DNA of 64,000 nt, taken from the NCBI GenBank assembly GCA_964016885.1, contig OZ024745.1:34162001-34226000 (forward strand), read 5' to 3'. The position numbers and the translations under genes are program-made. Of the stretch, positions 33,156 through 48,937 are shown piece by piece. How positions within the stretch are numbered: position 1 is the stretch's first letter; each line of letters opens with the position of its first letter. The notes beneath the pieces were generated by a model. That model did no database searches. It was not told the origin of the DNA and was given only the letters and a program-made list of their open reading frames with translations. Source of the DNA: Eledone cirrhosa. Its lineage: Eukaryota.

Positions 33156-33760
33156 ATTTTCAAAAGTATTTGAAAATATTGGACAGCATCTTTTATTACA
33201 AATATGGCAATCATAAGTGTATAATTATTTAAATATCTCCCTCACAATTTAATGTAAAATTCTTTGTTATATTCACAAAACTAGCTTAATAATGAGAAAG
33301 TTCAGATATATTCATATTCCTAAATCCCTCCAAATTCTTGATTATTTTCAAAATTATTTGAAAATTATAGATAGTGTGTTTCAGTTGAAATATAATAACA
33401 AAAGGGTTAAATATCTCGCACTTTCAATTGCATCCATTATTCAACGACAGGCAGTTAGAGGGAAAATATCTGTTCTTCCTTGTCAAATGAATGCGACGGG
33501 CCAAACATTATGAAAAACTCGGCTGATAGCCAGATCCGTTCTGCACGTGGTGTTGCAGCACATGCTACGCTGTTTCATTTTTCTTCCCTTCATACAATGA
33601 TTAAATAATTTTTTCATTCCATCGATTCCTAGTTTCAAGGCGACATTTTCGTCGAGGACTGTAACACAACATGATGGCTGAAGTGCATTAGATCTACATG
33701 TTGCTAATCCTCCACAAACGAACACAGGCACACAAAAGTGCATACACACACACGTACGCA

Positions 33761-33930
<170 letters not shown>

Positions 33931-35018
33931 TATATATAAATACATGGGGGCGAAGTGACAGTGTTTATCTGTCTTTATCCGTGTGTATATATATATGTGT
34001 ATCTATGTAAATTCCACACTATGTGAAAATGTACGATAGCTTATGTGAGCGATCGATAAACCTGTTTTCTATTTATAGACAAAATACTTATATAGCATGA
34101 ATAAATATGTTTATACATACATGGAGATACACTTGAATTCGACAAAAATATAAATTACATACACAGACACATTTATATATACATACATATCTGCATAGAT
34201 TCATGCGTATAAGGATTCACACACATATATATATGTATGCACATTTGCGTAAAAACAGATAAATACACTCAAACACCCACACACTCGCATATATACATAT
34301 GTAGGGGGCGTATATTTAGATATACATATGCATACCTACATAATACATACATACATGCATATATGCAAACACACATACAAACACACATACTTACATAAAG
34401 ATATATGCTCTCATAAACATATACACATACTTACAATCACCTACAACACATATAACAGCTATAAAGACATGCACATGTGTATGTAGCGGGTTGATAACAA
34501 ATGGTTTATGTTACTCAAGCCTTATCGGAGTCTGAGCTACAGCATGTATAATACGATACAAGATTAACATTATCGCAGTAATCTCCGTTGTACATTCATT
34601 GCAATCCAGCATTGATATCAGCACTTCTTGTTATTCCATAAGTAGTATATATCTTCTTTACTACATACATACGTACGTACATACATACATATATACATAC
34701 ACATATAAATACATACATACATACGTGTATACGTACGTGCATACATACGTGCATACGTACATACATACAATCGTACCTACAGTTATATATATATATATAT
34801 GTGTGTGTGAGTGTATATATATATATATATATACGTAATACATACGTACGTACGTACGTACGTACATAGATATGTATATAATACGTACATGCATACATAC
34901 GTACATACATATATACATTTAATACATACAAAAATACACACACTTAATACAAAGTTGTTCATATACACATGCACAGAGACATATTCTAAAGCAAATTATA
35001 CTTCCTGAAGTATTGAGT

Positions 35019-35077
<59 letters not shown>

Positions 35078-35382
35078 TCTCTGACCTCTCTCTCTCTCTC
35101 TCTTTCACTGTCTTCCTATCTGTATATATATGTATATATATATATATACAAACATACAAACACACAAACACACAAACATATATATATGAATATATATACT
35201 TATATATATGTATATATTTATACCCACCGTCAATGGCTTTCGTTAATTATGTGCTAACCAAGTACCTTGTCTATTTTATCGACCTTGGGAGCCGGTACGG
35301 CAATGTCGACCCTGGCGTAAATGAACGTAACCAGATCGCAACCAAATGCCACAAGTATTATATATATATATATAATATATAT

Positions 35383-35413
<31 letters not shown>

Positions 35414-35556
35414 TTGTATGTATGTATGTGTGTGTGGGGGATATAAGTATGTGTTGGTCGTCGTAAACTAACGTAAATATTAAAATGTTCGCTTTAGATT
35501 TGTGGAGAAGATTCTATGCCTGCGTTGTTAACTTTCAAGAGAAATTACATCGTGAC

Positions 35557-35830
35557 GGCGCGTAGCTTTGTGGTTAAAGATTTGTCTCATAACCACGAGG
35601 TCATCTGTTCGGTTTTTCCCGTGGCGTATTATGTCATTGAGAATGACAATTTATATCTTATGTTGTTCCAGTCAATTCAGATGGGAAGAAAATGAGTCAA
35701 TTTTTTATCACAGTGAATCTCCTCGAAAACCTAAACTACGATAAGTATATATCTGGGGAATGCTCAGTCACTTGCACTTTAATATCATGAGGCGAGCGTT
35801 CGAACTACATCGGAACCAATGTAGAACTTA
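35557..35830 (+). mobile_element. Decayed tRNA-derived SINE
   Basis: ggcgcgtagctttgtggttaaag head plus gaatctcc..actacg..ctcagtcacttgcac body shared with other copies. Confidence 0.6.
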
Positions 35831-36178
35831 GAAAAAATAGAAGAATGCATACCGTGCGTTTATGTTATGTTTAATGCTTTCACAGTTAACAGTTTTACAT
35901 TCTCTGAGGATCGCTGAAATCTAGACAGAAAATAGCGTAAAAGCCTGGTATGGATTAACCTATAAAGGTTACCCCCTCCATATATATATATATATATGTA
36001 TGTATATAGGCATAAGATAGGCACATACACACATACCTGCGAAACAAACAAACTCTCCCCATCACCCGTACACTCGTCTCCATGAGTACTTTTCCAGATT
36101 TATTGCGATATAATTTATGGTTAACAACTATTATTAAAGTTATCTGCATTGTTGATTATATTTTCACCCCTCCCCCCC

Positions 36179-36252
<74 letters not shown>

Positions 36253-37113
36253 CAAGAGATTAAGACGTAATTATTTTCATTCATCATCAATTTAGTCAAG
36301 GTTTACTCAACACCATATTGATAATGAGAGAGTAAAAAACACACACTATTATAACGAGAAACTGGTATAAATCACCGCTCAAAGGTCACGTGACGATTAC
36401 GATTAATGGTGGATTTAAGAAATTTCATGCAAGCAGTGATGCGAAGTTGGAGTAGGGGTGAGTAGGAAGTAGTTGTTCAAATAGATAAATCGGTAAGATG
36501 GATGGATGCACAGGGAGGGAGAGAGGTAGGCTTACGAGGAAAAGACATCCTTGAGTGATGGTGTGTAAAACTGGAAGTTACATATTCTATTCTATTATTG
36601 TTTTATTGCATTAATTCCTTAGCCTTACGGCCATGTTGGGGCATCTCTTTGGCGCGAATTAGTCGATCATATCGAATCCAGTACTTATTATTTTCAAGTT
36701 TGATGCATATTTTATTGGTCCCTTCTGTGATGAACCGCTAGGTTACGTGATATAAGCACATAGAGAGACTCAAACGTAAATATAGACACCACGCATACTA
36801 CCACTCCCAACCTATCAATCTCTTCCTAAATTCCTTTCCTAGTTTTCACACACTTTCATTTATGAACTAGATTCTTTCTACACATTTCCACACACGAGGC
36901 ATTGGTCAAACAGTGGCTATAGTAGAAGGCATAAACATGGTTCGATTGAACTTGGAACCACGTGGCTGCAAAACAAACCTGACAGTTCAAATATTCGACT
37001 GCCATCCATTTGAGGCTGCCCAGTAAACTATGTCAGTAGATTAAATGAATAAAAAATTATAAAACATCTCACCTTCCCGCTACAGCATATATATATATAT
37101 ATATATATATATA

Positions 37114-37149
<36 letters not shown>

Positions 37150-37374
37150 GATTTCCAGAAAGAAGGTTAAACACTTAAACAACAATAGAAATGAAGATAA
37201 TAAAATAAGCTAATATATATCTTATAATCATTTATATATAGATTGGAGGTTATGTCGGTGTACTGTGTTTGTAGTCAATGAGGTTGGATTGACACAGTTA
37301 TAGTAACGTGTGTTGTACTATAAATCACCATATTATGTGTGAGCTATTAGTTATAGAACACAGTTGTGGGAGCA

Positions 37375-37710
37375 GTATTGGTGAATGGGTAAAGGTTAAG
37401 AAATTTATTTCATAATCACGAGGTTACCATGTTCTGTCTCACTCTATGACATCTTACACAAGTTTATTTTACCATAGCCACAAGCCACTCCAAGCCCTCT
37501 GATTGAAACTAGGTAGATGGAGACTGCTTGGATCCCCGTTGGATGAAATGCCTTTGGAACTCAAAGGACCATATTTGCCCCACACTGTGTCACGCTGAAT
37601 ATACTAACGAAGTACGTTAATGGGTAGTGTGTCTGTTGAATGCTTTATCTCTTACAAGTTGATGTAACGAGTAACCTGTACTGTTTATCGAACGAATGGT
37701 ACACTCATCA
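37375..37710 (+). mobile_element. Decayed tRNA-derived SINE
   Basis: ggttaagaa head, ggtagatggagactg segment and tgtgtcacgctgaat body, as at 1.5-1.9 kb. Confidence 0.65.
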
Positions 37711-38323
37711 TTATACCCGATAAGGTTCCTTTTCATGAGATAGTGGGACGCATGCTAACCGAATAGTTAAAACGTTCACTTTATAATAACGAGGTTTTGG
37801 GTTCTGGCCTACTCTGTGGTTTCTTGAGCATGAGTCTTTTTCAATAGCCTCTAATTGGATGGACCTTTTTGAGAAATCAAAGAACCAGATTTTCCACACA
37901 TAGTGCCAAGAAATTGGGCTCGTCCTGTGAACTGTGCTTGTAATTGTGCTGTGTGTTGCTGAGAATTACGTGTTGAGAATGACGTTAAATGTTGACGTGG
38001 AATACTCAACCACATACAATTTCACAAGCAGCTGGAACACCCATCGTCTATATTACACTATTGGATAGAGTCATAAGGACCCTTCTTCACATTGCTATAA
38101 GGATTTCAAGGGATATATTATAATGCGAAACATACCAAATATTGTAAAGATTAGTAGAGGGTATTAGCAAGATACATGAACAAATTGTTTAATTGGAAAG
38201 ATAATAGACGGGATTTATCAAAAATGATTCTATCGCACCAGCGATCACGGATATATTACTATAGCTATCATAACTATTTTCACCCAACACCGCAATGATT
38301 TCTTCCAGTAACACACACACACA

Positions 38324-38395
<72 letters not shown>

Positions 38396-38417
38396 ATGAG
38401 AGAGAGAGAGAGAGAGA

Positions 38418-38501
<84 letters not shown>

Positions 38502-38510
38502 TGTGTGTGT

Positions 38511-38541
<31 letters not shown>

Positions 38542-38543
38542 TC

Positions 38544-38648
<105 letters not shown>

Positions 38649-39009
38649 CGAAATAAGAAATAGAAATAGAGTTTTGGACTGGTACATATTTTATTGACCT
38701 CGAGAGGGTGAAAGGGAAAGTCGACCTTTAGATTTGAATTAAGAGCGCACAAAGCCGGAACGAATAAATAATTCCATTTGACGTTTTAGCGATTCTGTCA
38801 GTTCGCCTATAGACCTATATTTAAAGAAATTACGTAATACACTATTGAACATATAAATAATTCTATGTATCTACATTATACTTGTTTAATGCGCGGCTTC
38901 TCTGTTATTTTGTGGCTCTACATGGTCAACATCGATTGACCAGTAGCCGGCCTGTCTGTTTTGCCGAACTATATACTAATTCACCAGAAATGTATTATCT
39001 CTTTTAGGG

Positions 39010-39398
39010 GCCTACATATCTGGCCTGGTCCTACTGCCTGCTTTGGAAACCTACATATAAGGCCTTGGCCTTTTACATGCTTTGGGACAGAATTGACAGG
39101 TTAGGGTCTACTATTTGCTTTGAAATCTACATATCTGGTCTGAGCCTATGACCTATATTGAAAGCCTACATAAATGACCTGAGACTATTACCTGCTTTGG
39201 AAGCCTAAATATTAGGCCTGGATCTATTATCTGGTTTAGAAGCCTAAATATCTGCTCCGGGTCTATTACTTGTTTTTGGACGCCTACATATCTATCCTGG
39301 ACCTATTACCTGGTTTGAAGGCCTAGATATCTGGTCAGAGCTTATTTCCTGCTTTGGAAACCTCTATGTCTGTCCTCGGCCTATTTCTAGCTTTGCAA
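39010..39398. repeat. Diverged 39-bp minisatellite, about 10 copies
   Basis: Approximate consensus gcctacatatctggcctggacctattacctgctttggaa. Confidence 0.88.
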
Positions 39399-39839
39399 GG
39401 ACCAACATACAGATAAACAGGCATCGGGCTACAATATATTGATTAAATAGAAAGTGGTTGGTTGATACAGAGATAACAAGACAAAGAGTGCAAGAGAAAC
39501 GTGTGGAACATATTTTAGGCTTAGTAGTCAGGATGTAAAACAGGATTACGGAAACGTTTTGTCAGCATTATCTTAATCTAACGTCACACACTCATACATA
39601 TATACACAATAATTATAGAATTATATACCTACCAATTATAATAAACATTTTAAATAGAGCTATTGGTAGAGCTAAAACAGAGATACACCACCCAGACACA
39701 AGCATGCACATACACGACGCACATACGCACACACACATATATAAGTATATATATATATATATATATATACAGTAAGTTGTGTCGCTAATCAGTCAAAGTA
39801 TGTTACAAAGATATATCTGTATATATACAGCTATCATTT

Positions 39840-39969
<130 letters not shown>

Positions 39970-39993
39970 GCGCATATATATATATGTGTGTGC

Positions 39994-40024
<31 letters not shown>

Positions 40025-41084
40025 TGTGTGTGTGTGTTTGTGTGTATGTACTAGAGCATCTGAAGATAATGTTAAAGTATAAAGATCAAATCATATAAAG
40101 TGGAAATTTCTTATACTTTACTACGCACCAACGTAAATGTGTCTGGAGCAGCAGCGAAGTTTATAATAACTAATTGATCTCCCCATTGGACCTATTTAAT
40201 TTTATGAGTTCAGGATTAGTATGCCATATATACCAAGGTTACCCGATATGTGAACAATCATACAGACGGGGAAATTTGCATTATGAAAACATTAACGGCT
40301 TGCATAAGAGAAATCCTATAGTTTTTGTTGATTACAAACACGGGAAAGTGATCAAAGATAATAATTATATTTCAATAATTTATTTCTAGGATATAATTAC
40401 ATAAATGTTCAGAATGTTGGTACAAATCTAATACAGGATTAAATGTATGAATAGCTTTGGTGAAATAATTATTTACAATGACAACTGTTGAGTTCGAAAC
40501 CAGAACCTAGTAATCGGATAGTAGCAGCATGACTGAGTTACTAAATACTTTATGTGTATGTGTGTGTATGTTTATTTGTGTCAATTTTAAAGGATTAACA
40601 GATTTATGTATAAATAAATATGCAAGAAACCATAGTGTATTATTGTGGTTGATACACAAAATCAGTTAAGAATAATATGTGTATTGGATAGTCGGCGAAA
40701 TGATAGAGTCGTTAGAACGTCGAATAGAATAATTTGCGGTAAACATTCTGGCTTTCTGCTCTCTGAGTTTAAATCCCATCGATGTCAACTTTGCCTTTCA
40801 TCCTTTCGAGGTTGAGTCTTCCTCTTTATCTCTTTCTCACTTCCTCTCTTTCTGTTTCTGTCCTTGTCTGGAAGAAATCTATTTTATTCGGGCTTGGAGA
40901 GGGATGGGCGTCGACAGACTCAAAATGCCCTAAAAACGTCAGGGGTTAAGGGATCATGCATTTATATTGTATAAATTATACGATGCAGAGAAATCAACAG
41001 GGCAATGAATAAACTGAGTGAAATATTGTATCGTGTGTGAATCTGTATGTGTGAGTGTGGCGTGAATGTGTGTTGGACCTCCTT

Positions 41085-41245
41085 CGATTCAGAGTGTGAG
41101 TGTTCCAGTTATTTGTCCAATGGAACTGCCGTGATATTAACCTGAAATTGTCTAAGTATTCCAGAAGCACGTGTACCCTTAAAGTAATTCTCATTGTGAC
41201 TCAACGTGACACAGCGTGTGATACGACTGGCCCCTTCAAATACTA
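41085..41245 (-). mobile_element. SINE 3' body fragment
   Basis: Reverse complement reads tgtgtcacgttgagtcacaatgagaattactttaagggtacacgtg. Confidence 0.6.
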
Positions 41246-42026
41246 GTACAACTCCTTGTAACAACGTTGAATATAAGGGTTTTACTCACGGAATCGTATT
41301 TATGAATTTATGACCGGGAGTCGAAACCCTAACCACTAAGCTTCACATTTTCACATCTTCACATTGTATAAATGTTTTGCAGAATCGTCACGCTAATCGG
41401 ATTATTTCATATGATAGCCAGAAGAGTGTTGTATTTAGTGTCCATGACATTTGAAGGTCAATAGCTGTATGTAAGACAAATACATATAATTAACCTAGCA
41501 TCTGGTCCAAATACTTAGACCATCTGGACACCACTATATTATACCCAAGGACATTGTGCCTGGACAATACATAAATATATACGAAATATTCAACAGCTTT
41601 AATATACTAGATTTCACTGCGTTTCACTAGGACGAATAGAATTATTTTGTAAATTATTGCCCACATTAGATTATTCCTGACAACCAGCAAGGATATTCCT
41701 TAAATATAGTAGGAACTATATCATATATTGCTAAATATAATACATAATCTGCTTCGTGTGTCTTCTACGCAGTGTGAACCACATTAATATCTCAGCCACT
41801 ATTTATCAGCCACTATTTTATTACCTACAGCATATCCGTTGTATTACTTGAAATATATTGATCTCAGATCAACAGATAACTACGAATTATGCACTAAAAT
41901 TTCTTGCACAGTTCCCCTCCTCCAAGGCATTGGTCAACATGTTTCCAATGTACCACTCAGTTAAACGGAACCTGAAATCATGTGTTTGCAAAACGAACTC
42001 CTTTACCAATCATCTGCGTTTATATA

Positions 42027-42142
42027 ATTGTTTCTACTTTTGGCACAAGGCCAGCAATTATCCCAGTGTATTACTGGTACTTTATTTTATCGACCCCGTA
42101 AGGGATGAAAGGCAAAGTTAACCTCGGTGGGATTTGAACTCA
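42027..42142 (-). mobile_element. Young MetaSINE-like copy truncated at the B-box
   Basis: Near-identical to the 25.7-26.3 kb consensus in reverse. Confidence 0.85.
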
Positions 42143-45100
42143 TTGAAGGGATAACAATAAGTGCGTTAGTGAAAACAAATTGTTATAGTCCATTATTGGG
42201 TAGAATTCCCTCAAAGTGTTATAATTAATGGCAAAGAAATACTTGATAGTAAAGCAGTGGCGAATTAGCAGAGCTGTTACAACATCAGTTAGACTACATT
42301 GCTGTATACGTTCCATCTCTCTGCGATTTGAATGCAAATCCCACGCAGGCCAGCTTTGCTTTCACCTATTTGAGGTCGGTAGAAAGACAACAATCCAGTA
42401 CTGTGGGTTCAACTTTTTCTCTGCATCTCTTGCTCATTCCTCCTCTATCATATTCACACTCTCTCTTTCTTTCTTTGTAATAAATCGGTTGTGTTCAGAT
42501 CCAGAGAGGAGATGAGCCTCCGCCAGATTTAGAATGCCCAAGAAATGCTGTATGATACCACGGCTCCCCTACGACTGCATATACCATGGTATGTTAATGT
42601 AATCGGAAGTTACAGGTGTAAGCACTATATCAAAGGGAAATGCATTGGAAGTAGAGTTGGCTGCTGGGTACTTTGTACCCTAGACTAGCTCTACATTGTG
42701 CGCTCTTTTCTCTCAGTTATAAGCCCCATTTACCCAAATAAAATTTAAATTTAAATTTGGTAATCTGATGAACCTATTGTTCAACACGTCCTGCTCTGAC
42801 CACGTTTAAAAAATTACTAAACTTGCATTTTCCACTATACATTGCACACTCACGCCACTTTATGTGAGAGATGATAACTTTATACGGTCCTCTTCATCAT
42901 TTTGGATATTTCTACAGCGGCGCTACGCGGCAAAGATGGTTAGCAATTTATTTCTTGATCTATTATTGTATATTTAATTCAATTACACATATTTCTACAT
43001 ATCTGAGAGTATCTCAGATTCAGTAATGTGCCTCTTAGCGACTGCCTAAGTGGCCTTAATAGTGGCACAGGTCCTGAATGAAATACATAGGATGGATTAT
43101 TATAAATAATAATAATACATTATAAAATATATCCCTACTGAATATACATCACAAATAATATACTCTTGATATTGCATAGTAATACAATATAAGTAATATT
43201 ACTTTGGTAGTATACAAGAGGGAATATATATGAATATATAATATGAATATATTATGTTGAATGCACGTGTTAGGGTGATTGTACCTAATCATGACAATAC
43301 GATATGGAAGTTCAGTTTTTTCATTCGAGAAAAAAAATATATAGCAATGAATTAATTGGGAGAGGGAATTGTATGTATGGTACATTATGTTAAAATAGCC
43401 TCTTGGTGTGCTAATGGAAAGCAAACGGTTATATCATAGTTTATAAGTAGAAAAGAAATAAAAAACACATCAGATTATAATCACAAGTTTTCTATAAAAT
43501 CTTTATGAATTGCGTGTGCACAATAATGGTTTCGTGTTAAAAGAGGAAAAAACAGGTGGAAAGAGAAGTGGAAAAAACAAAAAGAGGATAGACACTATTA
43601 AGCAGCAAATATGGAAAGAAGCAAAAGGAGAAGAAGGCGTAGATGGGGATATATTTACACTTGTTGCTCTTTATTTCACTTAGTAGGAAGAAAATAGTGT
43701 AGGCAGTAGTAAACAGACATACAAGTGAGATGTTTTGAAATAGCTCTTAAATAAGTTCAAATCTCAACAAAACTGAAATATCCTATCGCTTTTTGTTGAT
43801 TACTAAGAATAAAAAAAAAAAGCAAAGATCCACAGCCATTACTCGAAATCGAGTATGACTTGATGTTATGTATCACACTGTATTTTATGTAACCAGGTAG
43901 TCACGTGTAGACACAGTCACACACAGGATGCTCTATCTTCTCTCCCTTGATCCGCCGAAATACCCAGGATGAGAGAGCTGGAATGAGAGGGAACTGCACA
44001 ACTACTAGATTGGTACTTTCTTTATAGACCCCGAAAGAATGAAAGTTAAAGTAGAATTCAGTAGGATTTGCAATCAAATTATACCTTGAAAAATGAATAT
44101 ACAGAATCAGATTTCTTTGCAATTCAGATTGGTAAACAATTTGAACATACAACAATTTCCCTTATCAAGCGAGGTTCTATGTATTGACTCGAATGTATAT
44201 GCTTTTCACTTAGCAAGAATGGCGTAGATACACGGTTTTAGATTTAAAATTAAGTAATAAAGGGCGTGGTAATATTCAATTCATTTTAAGAGAATCAGTT
44301 AGCCTTTTTAAAGCAGTGAAAAGTGGAGTAAGAGAAATGAGAGAATATATATAAAGTATTTTCTAATGATTAATGCGTTGTAATATGGCCTTATAGATGG
44401 TGAGTTTAAGTTAGTTTATCGAGTTTTAATGATCCATTGTCTCTCTAGGTTCAAAGTGTGGCTGTTTTGAATAGGTATACTTAATATATTTGATCACTGG
44501 AAAAATCACCGCATGGAATAGATCGGTAATATTTACATGCCTAATCATATGAAACTGGAGTTGAACACTAGATCTTAACATTTCCCCTCAGGAATTACAA
44601 GGTAACTTAAAGAACAGGATGTTTGATTCCTGATCCTATGGTTGTAAATACACTTTCTGTTGGTGCCTTGTGTTCTTGGACAAGACACTAAGCATGAGCA
44701 TACAGATTATTTGAGGGACTGGAAGTTAAGGTTTTAGGACAGACGTAAATTTAGATTGTATTAAAGGTGCTGGTGTGTATGTGTGTGTGTGCGCGTGAGT
44801 GTCAATGTGTGTACGTTTTCGTGTATATATGTTTGTGATCAAGAGGTATTTTGTGTATGTTTATGTGGGTGTGAGTTAGGGTAAATATGTATATATGACT
44901 GTATGTGTATATTTATGTGTGTGTATATACATATATATATTTATTAAAACGATTCTTTGCTTAAACTTTAATCTGTCATTTTAATAAATATTTGCTCTAG
45001 GGTTCTTATATATTTGATATATATTTATCCTTATCGACCCTCTTTGGATTTTAGTCTTCAATTTTATTATTATTACTATATATATATATACATATATATA

Positions 45101-45364
45101 CATACATTGCCCATATACATATGTGTAAATACATTTGTGAGAGCATGTGTTTTTGTGTGTGTGTATATGTGTGTATGTTTCGATATGAGATACATTTTCC
45201 ATTAGAAATATGCCATAAAACTAATGGTTTATATACAGATCACATTAATCCCAGCAGATATCAGAGTTCGTTAGTGCACTGGAAACAATATCAATTTCGT
45301 TTATTAGACATCGTGTTATATAATCTGACTCTATTTCATCAAACACGTCTCCCAAACACACACG

Positions 45365-45437
<73 letters not shown>

Positions 45438-45566
45438 GTTGTATGTAATATGTTTTAAGCCTTACTTTTGTTACCTTTTTTGTAGACAACTGCCCCTGAA
45501 ATTTTTTGATGAATTTTGAAAAATGACATACATATATAATACATACATATATAATGTATAGAGACA

Positions 45567-45597
<31 letters not shown>

Positions 45598-46230
45598 CAC
45601 CGCCCCCCCCCCCCCCCCATACACACATACACACATATATATATAAATATCGTTCCTTGTATCTCTACCACTTTTAGCAGTTTCCTCTCTGTTACCCTCT
45701 CCTCAACTTTCACTCACTCATTCTCTGTCACTACCTCTCCTCCTCCTCTTTCCTCCTCCTCCTTCAAGTTTGACCTGTGTGTAATTCTTTTCTCGCGCAG
45801 TCTTGACCGAGCTGGTAATAAAATTTTTTTTCTCTCTCTCTTTCGTCTGCGACTTCACAAAACTTGCGTTTACCGAATTCGTAGACCAGTTTTCGTTCTC
45901 TCTCTCTCTCTCTCCCCCCCCCCCCCCTGTCGAACTTGGGCGAAATTCTTTCCTTGCTCACATTTCTACCAGGTTCGATGGTCTTTCGTCTCTTGTTCAC
46001 GATTTCACAGAGTTTATATTCATAGAGATCTGGGACTTGTCTATTTCTACTCACTTTCCGTTGCTATAACCCTTTTGTTGTTACTCTAATGTCCCCCCCC
46101 CCTTATTTACGTGTCCCAACGACTTTTTTTAGCCGTTGTTCGCACCAACCTGAGGCATATGGCCCTTAAAGCGATGAAATGCCGAGGACGGTTGGAGGGT
46201 CACTGATGAGGACTCACTTTTTCATATATA

Positions 46231-46365
<135 letters not shown>

Positions 46366-47568
46366 AAAATCCCGACCGCGGTGCCAAGCGGTTTCGGTTT
46401 GTGTGTTCAGCAAGCCTTCAGTAGGCCTTTACGAGGGTGCAATAATTTTAGTAGGGTGTGTAAAATTAGCAGCTCGTCTTAGTATTGGTGTCGTCAAATG
46501 TATTACTATGGTAAGCTGGGCTAATGGAGAATGTGTCGGCGCAGAGAATTTAAGTGTAACTAGACAGTCTAGGGGTCAGGAGAAGGAAGTAATATGGGTG
46601 GGTGTAGAGGTAGTTAGTGGGTAGAAGTGGAGTAGGAGCAGTTTGTTTACAATGCTATAATGTATCTATATATCTGAGCCAACACAATATGTATAGACAG
46701 TTGCTAGGAAATGAGGTTTCTGTTCAATGATATATTTGGATTTCATTAATGATTGACCGCGCTGTAGAATTATCTATGGTGACACTAGTACACCACTAAT
46801 ACACTAACTGTTACTAAATCACAAAGTGGGTCGTATAGACCGATTTGAATAGCTAAAGGATTCATGGAGGCAGGCTCGTTATATTCAGAGAGTATTCAAT
46901 CAATATTCAGACAATGTATTGGTTTACTGAATATATTTACGACAATGTATCACGGGCTACATTAACATATGGGCTTTTCCTTTCTTAAAGACACAGAACT
47001 TTGTAATCTAGAAGGCGGCGAATTAGCAGGGTCGTTAGCGTGTCACCTTCAAAATACCTCAGTATTTGTCCAAGTGCACGGCGTACTGAGTTCATTTTTT
47101 CCTGTCATGCTTTAGAGGTCAATACATAAAAAACCAGTCGAGTAGTAGGGTCGATTCTTCTTTTTAGCACTTTCTCTCTTTTTTGTTCTTTCACATTAAG
47201 AAATTGGCAGTGTTCCTGCGTGGAGACGGATGGGCTACGCCAGGTTTAAAGTGTCCAAAGCACGCCATTTGTCAGTATGGCGCCCTTACAACACCATCAA
47301 GAGTTAAGAGCCCTTTAGTGTTTACTTTTATGTTGTAATTCGAGAGAGATTTGGCTGATGTATCTAGAAAGCTTCCTTTTATTTTTCCTATATCGTTGCA
47401 TTAGCTATGAAACCTTACATGATCGGCTTCTGTTACATGGCGTCATATCACATTGATATTGGATAAGAACCAGGTTGAAATATGTTCATGTCTCGTGAAC
47501 GTCTCTCTAGCTTTAAAGATTTATATATTCTAATATGAAACAAAGTAAACTAAAACATGTATATATAT

Positions 47569-47605
<37 letters not shown>

Positions 47606-47724
47606 CCCCCCTCACTATTTCTTTTACTCTTTAACTTCTCCAAGCATTTTTAACACTAATGCTCTGTATATGTCTGTGTCTGTGTGTATGTATTTGTGAA
47701 TGTATGTATGTATGCATTATATGT

Positions 47725-47790
<66 letters not shown>

Positions 47791-47797
47791 CGTGTGC

Positions 47798-47843
<46 letters not shown>

Positions 47844-48079
47844 ACCTGTATTCATATGAAAATAGAATCAGAAATAATAGATGAAATATAAAGATAGAGA
47901 GAAAGAAGTGGAAGGAAGGGAATATTTTTTGTGAAAAGACACGTGTGTATTCCATCAGCCATCTTGGAGTAATGCTGATCAGTGTGTAGCTTAGGTATTA
48001 GAGAGGTTTTGGAAGAGAAGGAATCATTGCATATATTAAGTGGACATGAGCATGTTTGTGTTTGTGTGTGCGTGTGTGC

Positions 48080-48164
<85 letters not shown>

Positions 48165-48178
48165 TGTGTGTGTGTGTT

Positions 48179-48236
<58 letters not shown>

Positions 48237-48266
48237 TGTGTGTTCTGTTTGTACATGTGTGTGTGT

Positions 48267-48412
48267 GTTCGGTCCCACCTTGAATACTGTTGTCCACTGT
48301 GGTCTCCTCACTCGAAACAAAGTATTATGAACATTGATGCGCCCCAGAGGTCAATTAGAAAGAAAAGGGTTTGATAAGCCTTGACTATTGGGGTTGACTA
48401 GAACATCCTAAA
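48267..48412 (+). mobile_element. CR1-like LINE C-terminal fragment
   Basis: VRSHLEYCCPLWSPHSKQSIMNIDAPQR matches VRPxLEYxxxxWSP...IExVQR, with LDYW downstream. Confidence 0.8.
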
Positions 48413-48699
48413 TAAGCATATATATATATATATATACAAGAAAATTATAAACATGTAAGTATGTTTTTGAAACGGTGCGCGAGTTTGAAATTAGAAATTA
48501 GAAATTATAAGCTTTCACCGTATTTTAGATTAAAGAAATTTCTAGCCTGATAGTGGGGTGGTTTATAACCCTCGGAGAAATGGAATAAGATGAGTGTTGC
48601 CGTACAAGGAGGAAGTTATAGTTCACTTCAAGCATTGTGTAATGAGGTATAAACGTTTGTATATGTATAATAAAGCCAAAACAATGCAGGTATGGACAT

Positions 48700-48823
48700 A
48701 GAATAAAGAATGCAAATGCAAAAGATATTGTTGACAATTAGTCTTTTACCTTAGATTTATTTAAATGTCCTTAATTTTCGAGATAATATCTCTTCTTCGG
48801 AGGGAAGTAAAGCGGTTAAACCA

Positions 48824-48825
<2 letters not shown>
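48700..48825 (-). mobile_element. PLE pLTR-like relic with a degenerate hammerhead (U4C)
   Basis: Minus strand 48767-48806 reads CCT-CCGAAGA-A-GAGAT(att)ATCTC-GAAA-AT-TA-AGG. Confidence 0.45.
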
Positions 48826-48873
<48 letters not shown>

Positions 48874-48906
48874 ATAATATATATATAGTAATAATCTGTT
48901 ATTTTA

Positions 48907-48937
<31 letters not shown>

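Noticed and set aside
35900-35932. CTGAGGA...GAAA hammerhead-like motif
   Set aside because: No stem II and no NUH triplet in register.
39010-39398. CRISPR-like periodic array
   Set aside because: Units are contiguous and homologous along their whole length, with no unique spacers or cas genes, in a eukaryotic context.
40170-40430. Possible decayed GIY-YIG segment (YPICEQSY)
   Set aside because: Too degenerate to support without an alignment.
46145-46215. SECIS/K-turn-like hairpin and a nearby CTGATGAG hammerhead core
   Set aside because: The upper helix is short and irregular, the AAA spacing is off, the bulge has the wrong polarity for a K-turn, and no stem II/GAAA partner exists for the core.
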